From positions 990,001 to 1,022,000 of the forward strand of contig NZ_CP147990.1 of NCBI RefSeq assembly GCF_037902255.1: 32,000 nt of DNA, read 5' to 3'. The notes below the pieces were generated by a model that saw only the letters and a program-made list of their open reading frames with translations, did not search any database and was not told the DNA's origin. A program made the translations under genes and the position numbers. Below are positions 1-6,423 of the stretch, piece after piece (the first letter of the stretch is position 1; each line of letters begins with the position of its first letter). The DNA is from Candidatus Electrothrix sp. GW3-4. Its GTDB lineage: Bacteria > Desulfobacterota > Desulfobulbia > Desulfobulbales > Desulfobulbaceae.

Positions 1-613
1 AGGTATTTTTATTAAAAGCTCTATTGTTATATAACATGTCCTCAATATTATATATAGAACCCTTGTAACATTTAAAGTCAAAGTTTTTAGAATCCGACTC
101 ACTTGTAGATAAATTAAAGTATTCAATACGTAGAGTGCAAGGAGATGTTGACATGTTAATATTGTGTCTTTTGTCGTAAAAAACAGGAAGGTTCCATTCA
201 GTTTTAATATTTCTTTTATGTTGTATTAATAAAAAAGATTTGTTGCAAGATATTGTCTTTCCCCATTGGTCTTCTGCTATAGAAAATATCCGTTTATTAT
301 CATCGATATCGTTCAAGTTGTTAATAATACATATTTCTTTTATCCCAATAACAGCATTTCCTGCGTTTGTAATCATGAATTTAAATTCATTAATTGTTGA
401 CTTCAAAAGTATTGCTTCTAGCTTAGGTTTTTTTCCAAGTAATAACCCTATCGTCGGCGCCAACAACACTCCTGAAGCACTCAATAATAATGTTACCGCA
501 CTAAATATTAAAGCAAAATTTGAAAAGAATCTCTTCCAATCTAACCATGACTGACAATGATGACATTTTTTTGCACCATCAGAAATAGATTGTTTACATA
601 GTCTGCATTTCAT
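1..613 (-). CDS. Zinc-ribbon plus single-TM membrane protein of unknown function; C-terminus cut by the window edge (not in the supplied ORF track)
   Basis: Hand translation of the minus strand from ATG (613..611) gives MKCRLCKQSISDGAKKCHHCQSWLDWKRFFSNFALIFSAVTLLLSASGVLLAPTIGLLLGKKPKLEAILLKSTINEFKFMITNAGNAVIGIKEICIINNLNDIDDNKRIF... The frame stays open for all 204 codons to position 2. GAGG (plus 622-625) lies 8 nt upstream of the ATG. A CxxC-x10-CxxC motif is followed by a hydrophobic helix. The region is very AT-rich compared with the rest of the window. Confidence 0.75.
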   Translation of the reverse strand, partial: MKCRLCKQSISDGAKKCHHCQSWLDWKRFFSNFALIFSAVTLLLSASGVLLAPTIGLLLGKKPKLEAILLKSTINEFKFMITNAGNAVIGIKEICIINNLNDIDDNKRIFSIAEDQWGKTISCNKSFLLIQHKRNIKTEWNLPVFYDKRHNINMSTSPCTLRIEYFNLSTSESDSKNFDFKCYKGSIYNIEDMLYNNRAFNKNT

Positions 614-634
614 TAAAAGAACCTCATATATTTT

Positions 635-651
635 TGGCATCCTTCATATCC
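635..651 (+). repeat. IS left terminal inverted repeat
   Basis: TGGCATCCTTCATATCC matches the reverse complement of 2478-2494 at 16 of 17 positions. Confidence 0.8.
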
Positions 652-739
652 GGGTTGACACTTGTACAGAAAGTTATTCATAAAGTTGCGACAAGCTGCT
701 TGGTTCAGCTATTATAATGGCAAATAATCCTCAGCCAAA

Positions 740-1699
740 TTGAACCAACATCGCCTTATGTTTTCTCTCGTACCTCAAGTGCCCGTCCCCGATAACGCGA
801 GCAATATTTTCGGAAATAAATTTCTTCGTCGCCCTGAGTTAGCAACTTTCGATCGACTACAAATCGTTTATGAAGCGTATTGCGCTAAAATTTTCGGTCT
901 ATGGGGCACGGTAACCGCATTATCGAAATATTACAATGTTTCCAGGACGTTTATCTATGACACCTTGGCGGTTTTCGAGGAAATTGTTGAACTTGCGCTC
1001 GGGCCGCCCGTTCAACCTGCCGATACTGAAAACAAAAGAGAAGCTGTTGAAATGATAGCTTCATTACGACTTGAGGGGAAATGCGGTATCGGATCTATTG
1101 TGGCGATAATGAACCGCATCGGCCTACGCTTCTCATCTCAAGGTACTGTTAGCACATATTTAAATCATATAGGCTCGCTTGTTCCCCCTGAGCTGAGGCT
1201 TGAAGACAATGATTTGCGGGTTGTCTTTCTGAGCGATGAAATCTTTTCCGGCGGTGTACCTATTCTAATCACTGTCGATCCGATCAGCTCCGCGATTTTA
1301 AAGATAGAACTCGCCGAAAAACGACGTGCTGAAGAATGGAAAAAGCATTGGATCTGCCTTGAAAATAATGGAATTGAGGCGATTTATCTCGTCACCGATG
1401 AAGGATCCGGGCTGTGCGCGGCTCACGATGAACTTTTTTCAGGTGTCATCATGAGGCAGCCAGACACTTTTCACGCTGTTGCATATCGTCTCGGAAGTCG
1501 GTTGGAACAACTAGAAAAATCGGCTTATAAAGCTATTACGGAGGAGTATAACCGCGAAGGAAAAATTGCTTCTGCACGAACGAAGGCGGTTATCCGCAAA
1601 CGAACCGAACTCTATGAAAAAGCACGCAGCGAAGCGCGGAAGGCCGTGGCGCTGTATGATAACTTTTTTATCTATACCGATGTATTATCAATGAATTGA
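740..1699 (+). CDS. Transposase, N-terminal part (upstream frame); family not assignable by eye
   Basis: This is a 319-aa ORF inside the IS. It contains an LSDEIFSGGVPILITVDPISS segment that resembles a first catalytic-Asp region. An ATG alternative start lies at 758. The frame ends 30 nt after a T6 run at 1664-1669, where the downstream frame takes over. Confidence 0.7.
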   Translation: MNQHRLMFSLVPQVPVPDNASNIFGNKFLRRPELATFDRLQIVYEAYCAKIFGLWGTVTALSKYYNVSRTFIYDTLAVFEEIVELALGPPVQPADTENKREAVEMIASLRLEGKCGIGSIVAIMNRIGLRFSSQGTVSTYLNHIGSLVPPELRLEDNDLRVVFLSDEIFSGGVPILITVDPISSAILKIELAEKRRAEEWKKHWICLENNGIEAIYLVTDEGSGLCAAHDELFSGVIMRQPDTFHAVAYRLGSRLEQLEKSAYKAITEEYNREGKIASARTKAVIRKRTELYEKARSEARKAVALYDNFFIYTDVLSMN

Positions 1700-2346
1700 A
1701 CCCGTTCTGCTGCGACGGCCAACTGCGGAATCGTCAGCAGGCGGAAGGCAACATTCAGGCAGCTCTTGAGATGATTGAAACTCTCGGCAATGAAAAAATC
1801 AACAAAGCAATCGACGGAATAAAAAATATCCTGCCGAATCTTCTGAATTATTTCGTTGTAGCCCTCGAGGTCAGGGAAGAACTCGAAAAATTGCCGATCA
1901 ATCATAACGCGCTGTCGTCGCTCTGTTCGGCATGGCAGCATCATAAAGCAGTGATCAAAGCAAAAAAGGCGGATCGCCGTAAGAGATGCGCGGACAGAGA
2001 ACAGAGGCATCTTGAATTCGCCGTAGGGTATCTTCAGGAAGATTTTGAAATTATCAAAGATCGTGTATACAACGAGTTGGACACAATTGTACAGAGTTCG
2101 GCCATGGTCGAATGTATCAACTCCGTCATTCGTCCGTATCTGAATACCTCACGGGGACAGGTGAACCAGAACACCTTGAATCTGATCGCATTTTATCATA
2201 ATAACAGGCGATACCGTGCGGGAAAACGAGTCAAGAAAACACCGATGGAGATTTTGACGGGTAAAAAGCAGGAAAAAGACTGGACTGAGCTGCTATTTGA
2301 CCTGATTGAGGAAAAAGACCCTCTATTTTTCTCGGCAGCGGCCTGA
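1696..2346 (+). CDS. Transposase, C-terminal part (-1 frame relative to 740..1699; this frame is open from 1663)
   Basis: The C-terminal motif SSAMVECINSVIRPYLNTSRG...NRRYRAGKRVKKTPMEILTG resembles the E-x2-N-x3-R catalytic-Glu region plus tail seen in several DDE transposase families. Joining the two frames at the T-run gives about 535 aa. Confidence 0.7.
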   Translation: MNPFCCDGQLRNRQQAEGNIQAALEMIETLGNEKINKAIDGIKNILPNLLNYFVVALEVREELEKLPINHNALSSLCSAWQHHKAVIKAKKADRRKRCADREQRHLEFAVGYLQEDFEIIKDRVYNELDTIVQSSAMVECINSVIRPYLNTSRGQVNQNTLNLIAFYHNNRRYRAGKRVKKTPMEILTGKKQEKDWTELLFDLIEEKDPLFFSAAA

Positions 2347-2477
2347 AATTATACATCAACGGTTCCTGATCTTCAGTTAAGAAGCCGTTAATCAACTCTG
2401 AGAAAGTGACAGCGGTGATATGTATTGGTGCGTCTTCGCCGCATTGTATTAAAAAAAAGTGTCAACTACTTTTGGGT

Positions 2478-2494
2478 GGATATGAAGCATGCCA
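2478..2494 (-). repeat. IS right terminal inverted repeat
   Basis: GGATATGAAGCATGCCA on the plus strand has reverse complement TGGCATGCTTCATATCC. Confidence 0.8.
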
Positions 2495-2702
2495 TATTTT
2501 TTTCAAAAAAAGGTCTACGCTTATCAATTTATATTTGAATCATTTAAGCCCCAACCTGGTAACATTAAAAACAAAAAAGATCCATCTTGATGTTACAGAG
2601 TAAAATCAAAGGGTAGAGCGCAGCCAGCTACAGACTGGGACCTCAGGGCTCGAACCTCCCCGGCAACAATCCTCCGCAGGATTATCACCGGAGCTCAAGA
2701 TG

Positions 2703-3155
2703 CTATCCTTCACCACTCCCATTCCCTTTCTTCTCCTTTTTCCGACCCCGCCTAAACGCCTTCATAAAATCCAGCAGGGGCTGTCCCTCTTCGGCAATCT
2801 CCGGATAGGCCTCGGAAAAGTCCCGGATGCGGCGGGTGATGTCGTACAGGCCCTCCATACAGCGGTCCGTGCCCAGCAAACGCTGATAGTAGACCGAGTG
2901 ATAGAGCCGTTCCAGTAGATGCTCCACCGGCTCAAGATGATTGACGTCAGTTTTGGCCTGTTCAAGGGAGGAGCGAATCTCGTCAAGGTTGAGCAGGGTT
3001 CCGTGCTTTTCTGCAAAGCGGATCGCATCGTCAACCACGGTCTGATAACCGGGCAGGGCCCTGTGCAAGGCCTTGACCTGGGACGGATCAGGCGGGGGTG
3101 GGAATTCTACATCCAGGATCTCGGCAATCTGTTCGGTCACAGTTTTTTCCGGCAT
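2703..3155 (-). CDS. Hypothetical, predicted helical cytoplasmic protein (150 aa) with a Lys/Gly-rich tail
   Basis: I take the internal ATG at 3155 because a strong AAGGAG lies 6 nt upstream. The protein reads MPEKTVTEQIAEILDVEF...FMKAFRRGRKKEKKGNGSGEG. The longer 205-aa ORF start has no RBS, and its N-terminus looks like noncoding translation. Confidence 0.6.
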   Translation of the reverse strand: MPEKTVTEQIAEILDVEFPPPPDPSQVKALHRALPGYQTVVDDAIRFAEKHGTLLNLDEIRSSLEQAKTDVNHLEPVEHLLERLYHSVYYQRLLGTDRCMEGLYDITRRIRDFSEAYPEIAEEGQPLLDFMKAFRRGRKKEKKGNGSGEG

Positions 3156-3192
3156 GGCATGCTCCTTGGCAGAATTTATGGGAATGAAATTC

Positions 3193-3221
3193 AGCATATT
3201 TCGGTGCAATACGGCTGTCAA
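3193..3221 (-). promoter_or_regulatory. Sigma70-type promoter for the 2703..3155 gene
   Basis: On the minus strand, TTGACA (3221..3216) is followed by a 17-nt spacer and TATGCT (3198..3193), about 40 nt upstream of the ATG. Confidence 0.5.
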
Positions 3222-3300
3222 GAGAAAAAAGAAGAGGTCGCAGTAATGAACAGAGCGTCCCGCCAGGGACAGCATGAAAAGAGACCGGCGTTGCAACGCC

Positions 3301-3447
3301 GTGCAGGAGATGGATGACAATATCCAATCCGTGGATCAGAAAGTCCACAACCTGGATTTGCTTATCCAATCGTTGGATAAAAAAGTCCAACCTGTGGATT
3401 AAAAAGTCCAGGCCGTGGATTAAAATATCCAGCAAATGGACTTTCTT
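3301..3447. repeat. Seven tandem 21-bp units, each a 15-bp palindrome RTCCA-N5-TGGAY plus a 6-bp linker
   Basis: Units start at 3301, 3322, 3343, 3364, 3385, 3406 and 3427. They read GTGCAggagaTGGAT, ATCCAatccgTGGAT, GTCCAcaaccTGGAT, ATCCAatcgtTGGAT, GTCCAacctgTGGAT, GTCCAggccgTGGAT and ATCCAgcaaaTGGAC. The period is exactly 21 bp. The linkers in the right half are A-tracts (AAAAAA, TAAAAA, TAAAAT). Confidence 0.9.
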
Positions 3448-3618
3448 GTCGAATAATTTGACCTGAAAGAGCAGGTTTTTTCCCGTTATAATGAGGGATT
3501 GCTCACTACTTCCCGCTCCCTACAGGGCTTCCTATCTGAACAGGCCCGATGATGCGCCGGGTTGACTCCGCTCCATGTCTTACCCCGGATGCGGTCTCGC
3601 ATTTTTATCAATTATCTC

Positions 3619-3646
3619 TTGACAAACATGTCGCCCGATTTAATAT
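3619..3646 (+). promoter_or_regulatory. Near-consensus sigma70 promoter of the leuA leader
   Basis: TTGACA (3619-3624) is followed by a 16-nt spacer and TAATAT (3641-3646). The first ATG downstream is the leader-peptide start at 3688. Confidence 0.6.
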
Positions 3647-3687
3647 GGAGAAAACCTGAACAACAACGAAATCAACAAAGATTAAGA

Positions 3688-3774
3688 ATGATTTTATCAG
3701 AACTCCTTTACACCCTTCTTCTCCTACTTGGGCTACACAGCGTGACTGTGGCGGAAGGGCGAGGTTTGTTCTGA
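3688..3774 (+). CDS. Leucine-rich leader peptide (28 aa) of a leuA transcription attenuator
   Basis: The peptide is MILSELLYTLLLLLGLHSVTVAEGRGLF. It has 10 Leu in 28 residues, including five consecutive Leu codons (CTT CTT CTC CTA CTT, 3715-3729). It lies between a promoter and a strong intrinsic terminator, directly upstream of leuA. Confidence 0.7.
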   Translation: MILSELLYTLLLLLGLHSVTVAEGRGLF

Positions 3775-3799
3775 GGAACAGGAATAAGATCGATCCAGC

Positions 3800-3836
3800 A
3801 GCCACGGTTCAGCATTTGAACCGTGGCTTTTTTTTT
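3800..3836 (+). terminator. Intrinsic terminator (the attenuator terminator) upstream of leuA
   Basis: A perfect 11-bp stem joins GCCACGGTTCA (3801-3811) to TGAACCGTGGC (3817-3827). The loop is GCATT, and a T9 run follows at 3828-3836. Confidence 0.9.
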
Positions 3837-3918
3837 GTTTTTTTTTGGAGCTGCTCCTGTGACTCTACAGGGCAGGATGATTCATTGGGTACTTTAACGT
3901 GTACAAGAGGATAAGACC

Positions 3919-5616
3919 ATGCAGGCTGATAAATTGAAGAAGTATCGTCCCTACCCAGCGGTGCCGTTGAACGATCGCACCTGGCCCGATAGGACCATTA
4001 CCGAGGCGCCGCTCTGGTGTTCTGTTGACCTCCGTGATGGCAATCAGGCCCTGCGTCAGCCCATGAACCTGGAGCAGAAGCTGGAGATGTTCCAATTGCT
4101 GGTGGATATCGGCTTCAAGGAGATAGAAGTGGGCTTTCCGGCAGCCTCTCAAGTGGAGTTTGATTTTCTTCGCCTGTTGATCGAAGATAACCTGATCCCG
4201 GAAGATGTGACGGTGCAGGTCCTGACCCAGGCCCGAGAGCATCTGATCCGCAGGAGTTTTGCCGCCCTGCAAGGGGCGCGCAAGGCCATTGTCCATCTCT
4301 ATAACTCCACCTCCACCTTGCAGCGTCAGGTGGTCTTTCGGATGGAGAGAAAAGAGATCATCCAGCTGGGAGTACAGGGGGCAGAGGTTATCCGGGAGGA
4401 GGCTGGGCGCTTTGCCGGTGATATTCGTTATGAATATTCACCAGAGAGCTTTACCGGCACAGAACTTGATTTTGCCCTGGAGATCTGCGAAGCGGTGATG
4501 AAGGTCTGGCAGCCCACCCCGGAGCGGCCCGTGGTCATTAATCTGCCCGCAACCGTGGAAATGGCCACAGCCAATATCTATGCCGATCAGATTGAGTGGT
4601 TTATCCGCAATATGAAGAACCGCGACAGCGCCCTGATCAGTCTCCATGCCCATAATGACCGGGGCAGTGCCGTAGCCGCAACGGAGCTGGCCTTGATGGC
4701 TGGCGCCGACCGCATCGAGGGCACCCTGTTCGGCAATGGCGAGCGCACCGGCAATGTGGATATCGTTACCCTGGCCCTGAATATGTTTAGTCAGGGCGTG
4801 GATCCAAAACTGGATCTCTCCAATATCAATCGGGTGGTAAACGTGTATAAACGCTGCACGGATCTGCCGGTCCACCCTCGTCATCCCTATGCAGGTGACC
4901 TGGTCTACACCGCTTTTTCCGGTTCTCATCAGGATGCCATCAGCAAGGGCATGGATGCGGTGGCTGACGATGCCTCCGGCGTCTGGGCCGTGCCCTATCT
5001 GCCCATTGATCCGGAAGATGTGGGCCGCAGCTATGAGTCCATCATCTGTATTAATAGCCAGTCCGGCAAGGGTGGGGCTGCCTATATCATGGATCGCCAA
5101 TTTGGCTTTAAGCTGCCCAAGGCCATGCAGCCCGGCTTTGGCCGGGTGGTGCAGCAAGAAACAGAAAAGGTTGGCAGTGAATTATCCAATAGGGCCGTGT
5201 ATGGTGTTTTTGAGCGGGACTATCTGCGTGAGGAAGGCTATTATCGACTCAAGGAGTTCAACGTGGTGAAACGCCATATTGACCAGGAGGAAGAGGGATC
5301 TACCGCCACCATTGAGGCCATTGTTGTTGTTGGTGGAGAAGAGCAACAGCTCCAGGGAGATGGCAATGGTCCGCTGGATGCCATGTGTTCTGCTCTGAAT
5401 GGGCAGCCCGACCTGGATTTTATCCTGACCTCCTATGATGAGCATTCCCTGACCGAAGGGGCCTCCTCTAAGGCGGTCACCTATATCGAGCTCATGGACA
5501 GGCGGGAAAACGGCAGCCGGGAAAGTTGGTGGGGTGCAGGTATGGATACGGATATTATCGTGTCCTCGGTCAAGGCCTTACTCAGCGCAGTCAATCGGAT
5601 GCACGCAGGTCGATGA
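3919..5616 (+). CDS. leuA: 2-isopropylmalate synthase, long (actinobacterial-type) form
   Basis: The 565-aa protein begins ...RTWPDRTITEAPLWCSVDLRDGNQAL and contains HAHNDRGSAVA and GNGERTGN motifs plus a C-terminal regulatory domain. AAGAGGA serves as RBS. Confidence 0.95.
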   Translation: MQADKLKKYRPYPAVPLNDRTWPDRTITEAPLWCSVDLRDGNQALRQPMNLEQKLEMFQLLVDIGFKEIEVGFPAASQVEFDFLRLLIEDNLIPEDVTVQVLTQAREHLIRRSFAALQGARKAIVHLYNSTSTLQRQVVFRMERKEIIQLGVQGAEVIREEAGRFAGDIRYEYSPESFTGTELDFALEICEAVMKVWQPTPERPVVINLPATVEMATANIYADQIEWFIRNMKNRDSALISLHAHNDRGSAVAATELALMAGADRIEGTLFGNGERTGNVDIVTLALNMFSQGVDPKLDLSNINRVVNVYKRCTDLPVHPRHPYAGDLVYTAFSGSHQDAISKGMDAVADDASGVWAVPYLPIDPEDVGRSYESIICINSQSGKGGAAYIMDRQFGFKLPKAMQPGFGRVVQQETEKVGSELSNRAVYGVFERDYLREEGYYRLKEFNVVKRHIDQEEEGSTATIEAIVVVGGEEQQLQGDGNGPLDAMCSALNGQPDLDFILTSYDEHSLTEGASSKAVTYIELMDRRENGSRESWWGAGMDTDIIVSSVKALLSAVNRMHAGR

Positions 5617-5642
5617 CAGGACGTTAAAATTTAGCGGAGGAT

Positions 5643-6137
5643 ATGATGAGAAAAAGAGGAACTACCGTAGGAAAGAGAGGTGTTTTGCTGACTGCTTTAC
5701 TCATGGCAACGGCAGCCCAGGCCGAGACCGTGGGTGAGGTCAGCACCACCTTTAAGCTCATCGGGGCTAATGATAAGATCGTGATTGAGGCCTTTGATGA
5801 CCCGGATATCAGTGGGGCAACCTGCTACCTCAGTCGGGCCAAGACCGGTGGTATCAAGGGCACCGTGGGCCTGGCTGAAGACAAATCCGATGCCTCCCTT
5901 GCCTGTCGCCAGACCGGGCCCATCACCCTGCCTGAGGATGTGCGCAACGGCAAGGACGACGGGGAGCAGGTCTTTCGCAAATCCACCTCCATTCTCTTTA
6001 AGAAGATGCAGGTGGTACGCTTTTATGATCCCAAACGCAATACCCTTATCTATCTGACCTATTCGGATAAGCTTATTGATGGTTCACCCAAGAACTCGAT
6101 TTCCACCATCGTGATCAGACCTTGGGGGCAGAAGTAG
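5643..6137 (+). CDS. creA: CreA family periplasmic protein
   Basis: A signal peptide is followed by GEVSTTFKLIGANDKIVIEAFDDPDISGATCYLSRAKTGGIKG...VVRFYDPKRNTLIYLTYSDKLIDGSPKNSIS, which closely resembles E. coli CreA as I recall it. The start may be the second ATG at 5646, which has better SD spacing. Confidence 0.85.
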   Translation: MMRKRGTTVGKRGVLLTALLMATAAQAETVGEVSTTFKLIGANDKIVIEAFDDPDISGATCYLSRAKTGGIKGTVGLAEDKSDASLACRQTGPITLPEDVRNGKDDGEQVFRKSTSILFKKMQVVRFYDPKRNTLIYLTYSDKLIDGSPKNSISTIVIRPWGQK

Positions 6138-6166
6138 AACGAGAAGCAGAACGAGAAGTAGAACTA
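6131..6166 (+). repeat. Three tandem 12-bp purine-rich repeats
   Basis: The units GAAGTAGAACGA, GAAGCAGAACGA and GAAGTAGAACTA overlap the creA stop codon and end 11 nt before ATG 6178. Confidence 0.85.
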
Positions 6167-6177
6167 AGGGAAGGGCC

Positions 6178-6423
6178 ATGAGAGAACCAAGAGAATCTGG
6201 AAAGGTAGAGACTGACGTGTTAGACTATCGTGGCGATTGTTGACAGGGCTATAAGGACGTAAGGTTACGTCTCAAACAGATGCGCGCGGGTCAGCAGTTC
6301 AGCTTCCTTGTTGAGCAGAAGATCGCCCAGCGGATGGATCGGGTTATTACCTTTAATGACGGGCGTGCTATCCGTATTGAAGAGCAGGGCGAGGATCTGC
6401 TCTATACAGTGGAGCGGACCTGA
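6178..6423 (+). CDS. TusA/SirA-like sulfur (selenium) carrier with a putative selenocysteine (TGA 6241-6243) at the catalytic-Cys position
   Basis: A single frame runs from ATG 6178 to TGA 6421-6423 with one internal TGA. The product is MREPRESGKVETDVLDYRGDC-U-QGYKDVRLRLKQMRAGQQFSFLVEQKIAQRMDRVITFNDGRAIRIEEQGEDLLYTVERT. The LDxxGxxC spacing of TusA places U on the active-site Cys. A SECIS-like hairpin lies downstream. GTG 6217 is an alternative start. The gene is not in the ORF track. Confidence 0.7.
6255..6272 (+). promoter_or_regulatory. Candidate bacterial SECIS hairpin
   Basis: GGACGUA (6255-6261) pairs with UACGUCU (6266-6272) through 6 Watson-Crick pairs and 1 G-U pair. The apical loop is AGGU (6262-6265). 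The loop starts 18 nt after the UGA, the same spacing as the GGUC loop of the E. coli fdhF SECIS as I recall it. Confidence 0.6.

Larger units (their letters stand above)
635..2494 (+). mobile_element. Complete insertion sequence (about 1860 bp) with terminal inverted repeats, a putative 6-bp target duplication and a frameshifted DDE-type transposase
   Basis: The terminal inverted repeats match 16/17: TGGCATCCTTCATATCC (635-651) against the reverse complement of 2478-2494 (TGGCATGCTTCATATCC). A second subterminal inverted block is GTTGACACTT (654-663 and the reverse complement of 2458-2467). TATTTT flanks both ends directly (629-634 and 2495-2500). The interior encodes a transposase-like protein. 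Confidence 0.8.

Noticed and set aside
240-554. Plus-strand 104-aa ORF in the AT-rich left edge
   Set aside because: The sequence is low-complexity with no RBS. It lies entirely antisense to a better-supported minus-strand gene (1..613) that has an SD, a zinc-ribbon motif and a TM helix.
2406-2603. 65-aa ORF spanning the IS right end and flank
   Set aside because: It crosses the IS terminal inverted repeat and TSD boundary, is AT-rich and low-complexity, and has no RBS.
2611-2665. tRNA-like fragments (GGTAGAGCGC D-arm-like, CCAG-CTACAGA-CTGG anticodon-arm-like, GGGCTCGAACC resembling a reverse-complemented T-loop)
   Set aside because: The pieces sit in inconsistent orientations. I could build no acceptor stem or canonical T-arm, and the anticodon would be the unusual ACA. 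At most this is a decayed tRNA or attachment-site remnant next to the IS.
3088-3435. Minus-strand 115-aa ORF (MLDILIHGLDFLIHRLDFF...) and short plus-strand heptad ORFs (for example ATG 3314, WIKKSxx repeats) across the 21-bp array
   Set aside because: They are translations of the tandem repeat. The conserved bases are two mutually reverse-complementary pentamers, which indicates DNA-level symmetry. The rest of the 115-aa ORF overlaps the promoter and 5' end of gene 2703..3155 and looks like noise. I kept this as a caveat in the array finding.
3301-3447. Possible CRISPR array
   Set aside because: The period is only 21 bp with no unique spacers of 25-40 bp, each unit is an internal palindrome, and no cas genes lie nearby.
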